From Bacteroidota bacterium (GTDB lineage Bacteria; Bacteroidota; Bacteroidia; NS11-12g; UBA9320): 64,000 nucleotides of DNA. A program made the translations under genes and the position numbers. Positions 27,508 to 36,487 of this stretch are shown here, one piece after another. The stretch is from contig JABIUV010000053.1 in NCBI GenBank assembly GCA_018700895.1, positions 8,482 through 72,481 on the forward strand. The letters run 5' to 3'. The notes below the pieces were generated by a model. It searched no databases. It had not been told where the DNA came from and was given only the letters and a program-made list of their open reading frames with translations. Within the stretch, counting starts at the first letter, position 1. Every line of letters starts with the position of its first letter.

Positions 27508-30036
27508 TTAAGCTTCTTTTCCCTCTTTTTTAGCTTTAGGTTTCTCCTTTTTGAAGGTTAATTCATCTTTCTTTTTGTCCAAATCTACTTTGATTATGTC
27601 GCCCTCATTCACGTCTGATTTGAGAATTTCTTCTGCCAACGGATCTTCTAGGTATTTCTGAATAGCACGATTTAGCGGACGAGCACCAAAGTCTGAATCA
27701 AAACCTTTTTCGGCAAGATAGGCCTGAGCTGCCTTGGTAAGCTTTATACCAAAACCAATTTGCTCAATTCGTGTAACTAGCTCACCAAGAGACAATTCTA
27801 ATATCTTGGAGATGTCATCTTTTTCTAATGAATTAAATACGATAACATCATCTATTCTGTTTAAAAACTCAGGAGAGAAGAAACGTTTTAAGGCGTTTTC
27901 TATGACCCCTTTAGAGTTTAGGTCGGCATTGGCTGATTTGGCCGTAGTGCCAAATCCTACTCCCGAGCCAAACTCTTTGAGCTGACGACTACCAATGTTA
28001 GAAGTCATAATGATAATAGTGTTTCTGAAATCTACTTTTCGTCCTAGGCTATCCGTTAAAAACCCTTCGTCCAATACTTGAAGCAATAGGTTAAATACAT
28101 CTGGGTGTGCTTTTTCTATCTCATCAAATAAGATAACCGAGTATGGCTTGCGTCTTACTTTTTCGGTAAGTATGCCGCCTTCTTCATATCCTACGTATCC
28201 TGGAGGGGCTCCTACCAGGCGAGATACTGCAAATTTTTCCATATACTCACTCATATCAATTCTGAGTAAAGCATCTCGTGAGTCAAACAAGTATTTGGCC
28301 AATGTTTTAGCCATTTCTGTTTTACCTACACCGGTACTCCCTAGGAATATGAATGATCCTATCGGCTTGTTAGGTGATTTAAGACCTGCACGTGTGCGTT
28401 GTATTGCTTTAGTAAGCTTGGCTACGGCTTGGTCTTGACCTATTACGCTGCCTTTGAGCTCTTCACCCATCTTAAGCAATCTATTACCTTCTTTCTGCTG
28501 AATACGTTTAGTCGGTATGCCCGTCATCATAGCGATTACATCGGCTACATCGTCTTCCGTTACGGTATAACGTTGAGTCTTACTGTCTTCTTCCCACTTT
28601 GTTTTTTCAGCTTCTAGGCTTTCCAGTAGCGATTTTTCTTTGTCACGTAGGCGAGCAGCTTCTTCATACTTTTGGCTTTTTACTACGCGGGTTTTCTCTT
28701 CTTTTATCTCCTCTATCTTTTTCTCTAATTCTAAGATGTCTTGAGGCACGTGTATATTACTGAGGTGTACGCGAGCACCTACTTCGTCTAATACGTCTAT
28801 CGCCTTATCTGGTAAATGGCGGTCCGTGATGTATCGCACACTCATTTTTACCGAAGCTTCTAAAGCTTTTTCAGAGTACGTAACACTATGGTGGTCCTCG
28901 TATTTATCTTTGATGTTGGTGAGTATCTCAAGCGTTTCTTCGGGAGAGGTAGGTTCTACCATCACACTTTGAAATCTACGCTCTAGTGCTCCATCTTTTT
29001 CGATGTACTGTCTGTACTCGTCTAATGTAGTAGCACCTACACATTGTATTTCGCCTCTGGCCAATGCAGGTTTGAACATGTTAGAGGCATCTAGTGAGCC
29101 GCTTGCACCTCCTGCACCTACTATGGTGTGTATCTCATCTATGAAAAGGATTACATCGTCGGTTTTTTCTAACTCTGTCATTACTGCTTTCATACGTTCT
29201 TCGAACTGGCCTCTGTACTTGGTGCCAGCTACCAAACTAGCAAGGTCTAATGTCACCACGCGTTTGTCAAATAATACTCGCGAGACTTTACGTTGAGATA
29301 TACGCAACGCAAGTCCTTCAGCTATCGCAGTTTTGCCTACTCCAGGTTCACCTATGAGTACAGGGTTGTTTTTCTTTCGTCTACTTAGTATTTGGGAAAC
29401 ACGCTCTATTTCTTTTTCTCTACCTACGATAGCGTCCAATTTGTCAGCCTCTGCCAATTTTGTCAGGTCTTTTCCAAAGTTATCAAGTACAGGAGTCTTG
29501 CTTTTGCTCTTAGCCCCTTGCTTAGGTGGCGTAGTAGACTTACCTGTTTCTTCATTGTAAAAATCCTCTGGAGAGTCCGTACTCATTTCAATAGTCGTAT
29601 CAGGAAGTTTGTCCTCCATTGCACTTTTGAAAAGGTCGTAGTCTACCCCAAACTGGTTGAGTATTTGCGAAGCAACATTGTCCTCATCTCTTAGGATAGA
29701 GAGTAGCAAATGCTCTGTACGAATTACATCGTCTTTGAATATCTTAGCTTCTAAGTACGTTATTTTCAGAGCTTTCTCTGCTTGCTTGGTGAGCGGAATA
29801 TTACCAATGTTGGTACTCTTGCCTGTAGTATCGCGTATGCTATCTTCTACGGCTTTTTTCAAGCGTAGCATATCGATACCCATACTTCTCAAGTGGCGTA
29901 TGGCCTTACCATCTCCCTGTCGAATTAGCCCAAGAAGAAGGTGCTCCGTGCCAATATAACTATGGCCCAAACGGATGGCTTCTTCTCTGCTGAATTGTAT
30001 TACTTCTTTTACTCCTGGTGAAAACTGTGCTTCCAT
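27508..30036 (-). CDS. clpC: ClpC-type AAA+ chaperone (Clp protease ATP-binding subunit)
   Basis: 842 aa with two Clp_N repeats, Walker A GEPGVGKT and GSTGVGKT, and a UVR-like linker KYEEAARLRDKEK. Confidence 0.9.
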   Translation of the reverse strand: MEAQFSPGVKEVIQFSREEAIRLGHSYIGTEHLLLGLIRQGDGKAIRHLRSMGIDMLRLKKAVEDSIRDTTGKSTNIGNIPLTKQAEKALKITYLEAKIFKDDVIRTEHLLLSILRDEDNVASQILNQFGVDYDLFKSAMEDKLPDTTIEMSTDSPEDFYNEETGKSTTPPKQGAKSKSKTPVLDNFGKDLTKLAEADKLDAIVGREKEIERVSQILSRRKKNNPVLIGEPGVGKTAIAEGLALRISQRKVSRVLFDKRVVTLDLASLVAGTKYRGQFEERMKAVMTELEKTDDVILFIDEIHTIVGAGGASGSLDASNMFKPALARGEIQCVGATTLDEYRQYIEKDGALERRFQSVMVEPTSPEETLEILTNIKDKYEDHHSVTYSEKALEASVKMSVRYITDRHLPDKAIDVLDEVGARVHLSNIHVPQDILELEKKIEEIKEEKTRVVKSQKYEEAARLRDKEKSLLESLEAEKTKWEEDSKTQRYTVTEDDVADVIAMMTGIPTKRIQQKEGNRLLKMGEELKGSVIGQDQAVAKLTKAIQRTRAGLKSPNKPIGSFIFLGSTGVGKTEMAKTLAKYLFDSRDALLRIDMSEYMEKFAVSRLVGAPPGYVGYEEGGILTEKVRRKPYSVILFDEIEKAHPDVFNLLLQVLDEGFLTDSLGRKVDFRNTIIIMTSNIGSRQLKEFGSGVGFGTTAKSANADLNSKGVIENALKRFFSPEFLNRIDDVIVFNSLEKDDISKILELSLGELVTRIEQIGFGIKLTKAAQAYLAEKGFDSDFGARPLNRAIQKYLEDPLAEEILKSDVNEGDIIKVDLDKKKDELTFKKEKPKAKKEGKEA

Positions 30037-30480
30037 TATTTATATATTAACAAATATAAGACCAAAAAAGTCTGTCTAAGCACCATCTTTATGCCATTTT
30101 AGGTGGTTGACTACATTTTGGAACAATAGCCTGCAGGCGTAGCAAGTTATAAGCACACCTAAGTTGATAAGTACTATAAGGCTACTAATTAGGTGTTTGT
30201 AACTCTAAGTGAATGGCTGCTAGGAGTAGTAAACTTGTGGAACACAAATTCCTGTAAAATAGGAGTGTGGAAAAGTGTATTGTGATAATGAGTGTGTTAT
30301 GGTTGATTTTTTAGGTTGTGAACGTTTCACGCACATTTTTTTAAAGCCTGTGGATAACTGAAAATCACAAAATTGCATGACCCAAGAGCTCATGATGCTA
30401 TGTATTTTTGAACCTCGACACAAGGATAAAACCTTGATCAACCACTAACCTAAACATTTTTTTTAAGTAATAAATAACCT

Positions 30481-31977
30481 ATGGATAAACCGCGAGTAAG
30501 CAATAAGAAGAAGGCGTCAACATTTGGCAATATGGATATGTCTAAACTTCAGCCTCAAGCTCGTGACCTAGAAGAGGCTGTACTTGGAGCTATGATGCTC
30601 GAGAAATTTGCACCAGAAAAGGTGGCAAGCTATCTCAAGAAAGAAGCCTTTTATGTAGAGGCTCATCAGCATATTTACGAGGCTATTTTACAACTATTTA
30701 CCGACGGTAACCCCATAGACATACTTACCGTGACAGAGCAGTTGCGAAAAAATGGCAACCTAGAAGCTGTAGGTGGTGCTTACTACATCACTACACTTAC
30801 CAATAGAGTAAGTAGTGCAGCCAATATTGAGTACCACGCTCATATTGTTATACAAAAAAGCATACAGCGTCAGCTTATTAGCGTAGCAGGCGAAATAGGG
30901 GAGAAGGCCTTTGAGGAAACGTCAGATGCTTTTGAACTGCTAGACCAGTCAGAGAAAAAACTCTTTGAAATAAAAAACGAGAGTATGACCAAAAGCTATG
31001 ATACGGTGACGGATCTTATAGCCAAGGCAATAAAAGATATAGAAGAGTCTAAAACAGACGGTGAAGATGGACTTACGGGTATACCAACCGGCTTTACAGA
31101 GCTAGATCGTATGACATCTGGATGGCAAAAAAGTGATTTGATTATACTCGCTGCTCGACCGGGTATGGGTAAAACGGCCTTCGTACTCTCTATGGCTCGA
31201 AATGCAGCAGTACTAGCTAATAAAAATATTGCCATATTCTCGCTGGAGATGAGCAGTATGCAACTCGTAAAAAGACTCATAGCCTCTGAGGCAGAACTAA
31301 GTTCCGAAAAAATAAGAAGTGGTAAGTTAGAAGAACACGAGTGGCAGCAACTTCATACCAAAATTAGTACGATAGAAGATGCTGATATTTTCATAGATGA
31401 TACGCCAGCACTTACCGTATTAGACCTCAAAGCCAAAGCACGTAGGATGCAACGTAAGCGTGGACTGGATATGATTATCATTGATTACCTGCAACTCATG
31501 CGAGCGGAAGAGGGTAACAAGTCCGCGGGTAATCGTGAGCAAGAGATTTCCTACATATCGCGTTCATTAAAAGGATTAGCGAAAGAACTGGATATACCCG
31601 TGATAGCACTTGCACAGTTGAGTCGTGCGGTGGAGCAACGACAAGATAAGCGACCTATGCTTTCCGACTTGAGAGAGTCGGGATCTATAGAGCAGGATGC
31701 TGATTTGGTGACGTTTATTTTCCGACCAGAGTACTATGGAATTACGGAAGATGATGATGGAAATGACAATGAGGGCTTAACTGAAATAATCATCAGAAAG
31801 CACCGTAATGGATCGCCAGGTACGGTTAATCTCAAGTTTATCAAGCACTTCGGTAAATTTAGCGACTGGGGTTATAGCGACTTTGGGCCTGATACATTTG
31901 CCGATACAAGTATCACTATAGGTAGTAAGATGAATGATATGTCACCGCTTGAGCCAGATGGTGATGTGCCGTTTTAA
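30481..31977 (+). CDS. dnaB: Replicative DNA helicase
   Basis: 498 aa with N-terminal EEAVLGAMML, Walker A ARPGMGKTAF, and IIIDYLQLM. Confidence 0.95.
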   Translation: MDKPRVSNKKKASTFGNMDMSKLQPQARDLEEAVLGAMMLEKFAPEKVASYLKKEAFYVEAHQHIYEAILQLFTDGNPIDILTVTEQLRKNGNLEAVGGAYYITTLTNRVSSAANIEYHAHIVIQKSIQRQLISVAGEIGEKAFEETSDAFELLDQSEKKLFEIKNESMTKSYDTVTDLIAKAIKDIEESKTDGEDGLTGIPTGFTELDRMTSGWQKSDLIILAARPGMGKTAFVLSMARNAAVLANKNIAIFSLEMSSMQLVKRLIASEAELSSEKIRSGKLEEHEWQQLHTKISTIEDADIFIDDTPALTVLDLKAKARRMQRKRGLDMIIIDYLQLMRAEEGNKSAGNREQEISYISRSLKGLAKELDIPVIALAQLSRAVEQRQDKRPMLSDLRESGSIEQDADLVTFIFRPEYYGITEDDDGNDNEGLTEIIIRKHRNGSPGTVNLKFIKHFGKFSDWGYSDFGPDTFADTSITIGSKMNDMSPLEPDGDVPF

Positions 31978-31990
31978 TTTGACAAATACC

Positions 31991-32500
31991 TTACTCCGTC
32001 ACAAAAGCACCTTTCATCATTCCCCAATGGCCAGGGTACGAGCAGATGAACTCATAATTGCCCGCAGCGGGCGTTGTGAATGTGAAGTATGCTGTTTCAC
32101 CGATTTGCACTAATGGCGAGTGTGCTATGACGTTTTTGTCATCAGGACTCACGTAGCCGTTCTCTTTGTTATGCAATCCTGCTTGGCCTACATCGTTTGC
32201 TTTACCTTCTTGTATGAAGACTATGTTGTGCGGCATAGTAGCATCTGTACTCTGATTTTCCAATGCTACCGTAAGCGTCTTTCCCGCAGGCACTTTGAGT
32301 GATTTTAGGTTAAATTTCATCTCGCTCATATTAGCCCCTGACGCTATGATCGTAATGGTATCTGCCGTATTGAGTGGAGTGGTAACTTTTACGGGCTCTG
32401 TGCTTAGCTCTGTAGATTCGTCTGCACTGAAACCCGAGTTGTTATTGCCGCAAGCAACTAGTGTTGCAGCTAGTATAAAGGCTAGTGTATATTTTATCAT
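31991..32500 (-). CDS. Azurin-like cupredoxin lipoprotein
   Basis: Lipobox LVACGN. Type-1 copper ligand pattern MPHN...CSYPGHWGMMKG. Confidence 0.7.
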   Translation of the reverse strand: MIKYTLAFILAATLVACGNNNSGFSADESTELSTEPVKVTTPLNTADTITIIASGANMSEMKFNLKSLKVPAGKTLTVALENQSTDATMPHNIVFIQEGKANDVGQAGLHNKENGYVSPDDKNVIAHSPLVQIGETAYFTFTTPAAGNYEFICSYPGHWGMMKGAFVTE

Positions 32501-33069
32501 TTATCAAATAAACCCTTTAGCTTGTTTTTTGCTTCGTCTTTTAGCTTTTTCTTTTGCTCTTCGGCTTCTTTCCTTAGGCGTTCCTCGGCTTCTTTTTTCT
32601 TTTGGTCTATCTCGGCTTGTAATTTAGCCTTAGCTTCCTCGGCCTTTTTCTGAGCTTCGTCTTTTATCTTATTTGCTTCATCAGTAGCTCTGGCTTTGGC
32701 TTCTTCCTTTTTCTTGGCTACTTCGTCACTTACGGCATTTTTTACGTTTTGTTTTAGTGATGATTTTATCTTCATCAAGTTTAGTTTCACCTCTGGTTTT
32801 GTAAATGTACCTCCCACATTTACCGCTATATATAAGAAATCGTTGGGTTGCAATTGTAAGTTGCTAAACTTTGTTCCACTCGTGAGATTATTGATCACAC
32901 CTACTTCATTTTTTACATAACTGCTCGGTATGCTCAACAATCCTTGATAGGCGATACTTCCATCGAGCTTAGAGATACCATCTAGTGTGAGTTTAGACCC
33001 GTCTATGAATAGGTCAAAAGGACTTACGAGTAACTGACCATCTTTGATGTTAAACTTGAGTAAAAATGT
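32497..33069 (-). pseudogene. AsmA-like protein, C-terminal fragment with a Lys/Glu-rich tail (N-terminus missing)
   Basis: The frame is open for 191 codons back to a TAG at 33070-33072 and has no plausible start. It contains FNIKDGQLLVSPFDL...VGGTFTKPEVKLNL. Full-length family members are several-fold longer. Confidence 0.45.
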
Positions 33070-33178
33070 CTAGCGTATCTGGCGGTATGATATCATAGAT
33101 CTCTATTGATGACTTAATAGTTTCTTTATAAATCTTTCTGATTAGTTTTTCAAGTGACTGCAATACTAGCTTTAATCC

Positions 33179-33610
33179 CTATTTGTCTTCTTGGAACCCT
33201 TGCTTAATCCAAATGACACTAAACAAAATTATTTGCGTAAGTAAATAGAAGGCTGCAGCAGAAAAAGTAGTTACAGATGGGTCGTAAGACATTCTAATAG
33301 ATCCTGCACCATCGTAAGTAGAAGGATATGTAAAAGTGCTGAAATAAACAATAAGTATGAGAGAACATAAAATCATCAACTTACTAATATTACTTAATGT
33401 ACTAGCCTTAATAATATCATTATTAAATCTTATAATAGCTATATGTAGGGTAAGTGCTACCCAATAGAATACTGGCCAAATTAACAAGGAGCTAAACGCC
33501 TCTTCAGAATCACCTTCCACACCGAGGAAATAAATGATTAAAAGATGGAACAGAAAAAGTGCTCCTCCACCCATAATACTTAATATTACGTGCAATCTTA
33601 ACCACCCCAC
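33179..33610 (-). CDS. Four-TM membrane protein, function unknown
   Basis: 143 aa, hydrophobic, in an AT-rich context. Confidence 0.4.
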   Translation of the reverse strand: MGWLRLHVILSIMGGGALFLFHLLIIYFLGVEGDSEEAFSSLLIWPVFYWVALTLHIAIIRFNNDIIKASTLSNISKLMILCSLILIVYFSTFTYPSTYDGAGSIRMSYDPSVTTFSAAAFYLLTQIILFSVIWIKQGFQEDK

Positions 33611-33629
33611 GATTGATTAATTTATCACG

Positions 33630-33812
33630 TTAAGCTTTTATCGCCGAATACGCATACAAGACAGCAAACCAATAAAATGAAGCTGTAAGTAACAATGTAA
33701 TTACAAATTCATCTAGATTAGGATAGCCATATAAGTAAACTAATAATCCTAAAAGAAAAGAAAGACCAATACTTGTGAAGGTATGGTATTTTACCCAATC
33801 TTTTGAAATCAC
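33630..33812 (-). CDS. Two-TM mini membrane protein resembling the N-terminal half of the downstream ORF
   Basis: 60 aa. Colinear motifs W-x-[KR]-x-H...SI...FYW-x-A are shared with 33179-33610. Confidence 0.3.
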   Translation of the reverse strand: MISKDWVKYHTFTSIGLSFLLGLLVYLYGYPNLDEFVITLLLTASFYWFAVLYAYSAIKA

Positions 33813-33967
33813 TCTGGAGGGTTGTTTTTTAGATCTATTAGCTGGAGCTGTTTTTAATATTTTATTAATACCTATCCCGTAAAAAAAAGTTTAAGAAATT
33901 ATTTTTTTTTCTGTAGACATTGTTCTGGTGGTATGTTTTCAAAAATTATACCAACTAAGTATCACAC

Positions 33968-34003
33968 AAAAATAAGAGCCCACAAACAGCATTGCGGGCT
34001 CTT
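33968..34003 (-). terminator. Possible terminator downstream of pruA
   Basis: On the minus strand, stem AAGAGCCC/GGGCTCTT (14-nt loop) is followed by ATTTTTG. Confidence 0.4.
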
Positions 34004-34117
34004 AACTTATTGATATATAGATTTTTTGAGTGTTTAGTCTTTATTCTAATCTAAATCAGGAGTTTTTTCTAAAATATAGATTACACCCATTTTGAAACTA
34101 AAATTACGATTCCCTTC

Positions 34118-35743
34118 TTACTGGTGAAATGGGTATTCGTAAGACGATGGAGCTACAAATGTTTCTTTGATAGTTCTCATAGAGGTCCAACGCATCAAGT
34201 TGATAGGTGCCCCAGCTTTATCATTTGTTCCGCTTCCTCTAGCTCCGCCAAAGGGTTGTTGCCCTACTACTGCACCCGTTGGTTTATCATTAATATAGAA
34301 ATTGCCTGCAGCATTGCGTAAGTGATACAAAGCTTGGTTTATATGCTCCCTTCCTTTGGCAAATATGGCTCCGGTAAGTGCATATTCTGACGTTTCATCA
34401 AGCAGCTGCATAGTTTCTACATACTTGTCATCTTCGTATACATAAATAGTAAGTACAGGGCCAAATAGCTCCTCACACATCGTCGTGTACTTTGGATTAC
34501 TTGTTTCAATTATCGTAGGTCTTACGAAGAAGCCTTCGCTATCATCATAAGAACCGCCTGCTATGATCTCAGCATCATTTGCCTCTGCTACATTGTCTAT
34601 ATGAGTGCTAAGCTTGGTGAATGATTTTTGATCAATTACGGCATTCACAAAATTGCTGAAGTCCTCTGTTGTTCCCATTTTGAGACTGTTGGTGGTCTCT
34701 ACAAGAAGCGGTTTTAGTTCAGACCACATACTTGCTGGAATATACGCTCTACTTGCTGCACTACATTTTTGTCCCTGATACTCAAAAGCTCCTCGCACCA
34801 ATGCCGTGTTTACTTGCTCTACATCTGCACTCTTATGCACCATTACAAAGTCTTTACCTCCGGTTTCACCTACAATACGCGGATAGCTAAGGTATTTTTC
34901 TATGTTGTTGCCTATGGTTTTCCATATATGACGGAATACTCCAGTACTTCCGGTAAAGTGAATTCCTGCAAAATCTCTGTGATTGAATATAACGTCACCA
35001 GTTGTTGGGCCATCTACGTACACTAAGTTAATCACACCGTCTGGTAGTCCGGCCTCTTTGAATAGTTCCATTATTACCTTAGCACTGTATATCTGCGTCT
35101 CGGCTGGTTTCCATACTACGGTATTGCCCATCATAGCAGGAGCTGCACATAGGTTAGCACATATACTCGTGAAGTTAAATGGTGTAAGTGCAAATACAAA
35201 ACCTTCTAATGGTCTATACTCTAATTGATTCCAAACACCTGGTGAATTCTCTGGTGGTTGTTGTGCGTATATTTCACTCATATACTGCACATTGAACTTA
35301 AAGAAATCTATCATCTCACAAGCTGCGTCTATCTCGGCTTGCATGGCATTTTTAGACTGAGCCAACATCGTAGCAGCATTCATTTTGTCTCTGAATGGCC
35401 CTGCTAGTAAGTCTGCAGCTCTTAAAAAAATGGCTGCCCTAGCTTGCCACGGCATACTTGCCCACGCATTTTTAGCTGCTAGTGCGGCATCTATGGCATC
35501 GTGCACGTGTTTTGCTGTTCCTCTATTATACGTCCCTAGGTTAAAACTAGTTTCGTGAGGAGGGTGCATATTTATTTTTTCATCAGTAAATACTTCTTTA
35601 CCGCCTATATACATCGGTATATCGGTGGGCGTATTTTTAATTTCTTGTATTTTGCTTTTTAAGCTTTGAGTTTCAGGAGTGCCGGGGGCGTAGGCTTTAA
35701 CAGGTTCGTTTGTAGCTGTTGGTATTTTTACTATTTGGTTCAT
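34118..35743 (-). CDS. pruA: L-glutamate gamma-semialdehyde (1-pyrroline-5-carboxylate) dehydrogenase
   Basis: 541 aa aldehyde dehydrogenase with ETGGKD and the catalytic Cys in GQKCSAASR. Confidence 0.9.
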   Translation of the reverse strand: MNQIVKIPTATNEPVKAYAPGTPETQSLKSKIQEIKNTPTDIPMYIGGKEVFTDEKINMHPPHETSFNLGTYNRGTAKHVHDAIDAALAAKNAWASMPWQARAAIFLRAADLLAGPFRDKMNAATMLAQSKNAMQAEIDAACEMIDFFKFNVQYMSEIYAQQPPENSPGVWNQLEYRPLEGFVFALTPFNFTSICANLCAAPAMMGNTVVWKPAETQIYSAKVIMELFKEAGLPDGVINLVYVDGPTTGDVIFNHRDFAGIHFTGSTGVFRHIWKTIGNNIEKYLSYPRIVGETGGKDFVMVHKSADVEQVNTALVRGAFEYQGQKCSAASRAYIPASMWSELKPLLVETTNSLKMGTTEDFSNFVNAVIDQKSFTKLSTHIDNVAEANDAEIIAGGSYDDSEGFFVRPTIIETSNPKYTTMCEELFGPVLTIYVYEDDKYVETMQLLDETSEYALTGAIFAKGREHINQALYHLRNAAGNFYINDKPTGAVVGQQPFGGARGSGTNDKAGAPINLMRWTSMRTIKETFVAPSSYEYPFHQ

Positions 35744-36438
35744 TTCGCGAGTAGATTTTTTTCTATATCCTTAAAAAACTTCCAGTTGCCAAACTCTGGC
35801 ATGGGAGCGTGCAAATTTAAATTTTCTTTGGTAACAGGGTGTATGAAGCTGAGTCCTAGAGCGTGTAGATAGATGCTCTTGTCTGCCGTGGGTCTTGTTT
35901 GGCCATATTTTACATCGCCTACTATTCCGGTAAATGTACGTGCTAGTTGTACACGTATTTGGTGTGGCCTCCCTGTTACGGGGTTTACCTTTACCAGAAA
36001 ACAGTGGTTGGCGGTATTTATAAACTGATAATGAAGTACTGCTTTTTTGCTCCCTTCTCGTTCTTCCTCGTATAATTTAGTTCGATTCTGTTTAGGGTCT
36101 TTTTTGAGCCAATGGGTCAATGTGCCCGCCATGGGTTGTGGTTTTCTACGTATGAGTGCTGCGTACGTTTTGTTGATAGAGCGGTCCTTGAATTGGGCGT
36201 TCATACGCACCAAAGCCTTACTCGTACGAGCAAAGAGTACAATACCTGTTACGTTGGTATCCAGCCGATGTATACAACCAATAAATACCGCACCCGGTTT
36301 ATTGTATTTTTCCTTTATGTAGGCTTTTACGTGCGTTTCCAGTGAGGGAAGTCCGTGTTCGTTGTCCTGTACTACCAAGCCAGCAGGTTTATTAACAGCT
36401 ATAAGGTGGTTATCCTCGTATATTACGTGTAGTTTCAT
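35740..36438 (-). CDS. RluA-family pseudouridine synthase
   Basis: Motifs HRLDTNVTGIVLFA and PHQIRVQL. Confidence 0.85.
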   Translation of the reverse strand: MKLHVIYEDNHLIAVNKPAGLVVQDNEHGLPSLETHVKAYIKEKYNKPGAVFIGCIHRLDTNVTGIVLFARTSKALVRMNAQFKDRSINKTYAALIRRKPQPMAGTLTHWLKKDPKQNRTKLYEEEREGSKKAVLHYQFINTANHCFLVKVNPVTGRPHQIRVQLARTFTGIVGDVKYGQTRPTADKSIYLHALGLSFIHPVTKENLNLHAPMPEFGNWKFFKDIEKNLLAK

Positions 36439-36487
36439 TTACGTGGTACAAAGGTAAGCATTAAGCTAAGAGCCTAAGAGTAGCCTC

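Noticed and set aside
27734-29959. Series of 72-100-aa + strand ORFs inside the clpC region
   Set aside because: They lie entirely antisense to a well-supported 842-aa ClpC gene and have low-complexity Ser/Leu-rich translations. They are typical shadow ORFs.

The same applies to the antisense ORFs listed inside rnr, gldM, the receptor gene, pruA, ftcD and others.
30220-30441. 73-aa minus-strand ORF in the clpC/dnaB spacer
   Set aside because: It lies in the promoter region that carries DnaA-box-like and heptamer motifs. Its composition is odd (Cys/Ser/Phe-rich) and it has no RBS-like context, so it is probably not coding.
30037-30480. Calling this spacer the chromosomal origin (oriC)
   Set aside because: It has only one perfect and two relaxed DnaA boxes. 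There is no clear strand switch of gene orientation around it, and dnaA is not adjacent.

It is kept as a low-interest finding rather than annotated as an origin.
32520-32760. Repetitive-looking DNA (gcttc/ttttc periodicity) and the overlapping + strand ORFs 32295-32627 and 32696-32920
   Set aside because: The periodicity is the codon-level consequence of the Lys/Glu/Ala-rich tail of the AsmA-like fragment on the minus strand. It is not an independent DNA repeat. The + strand ORFs are shadows.
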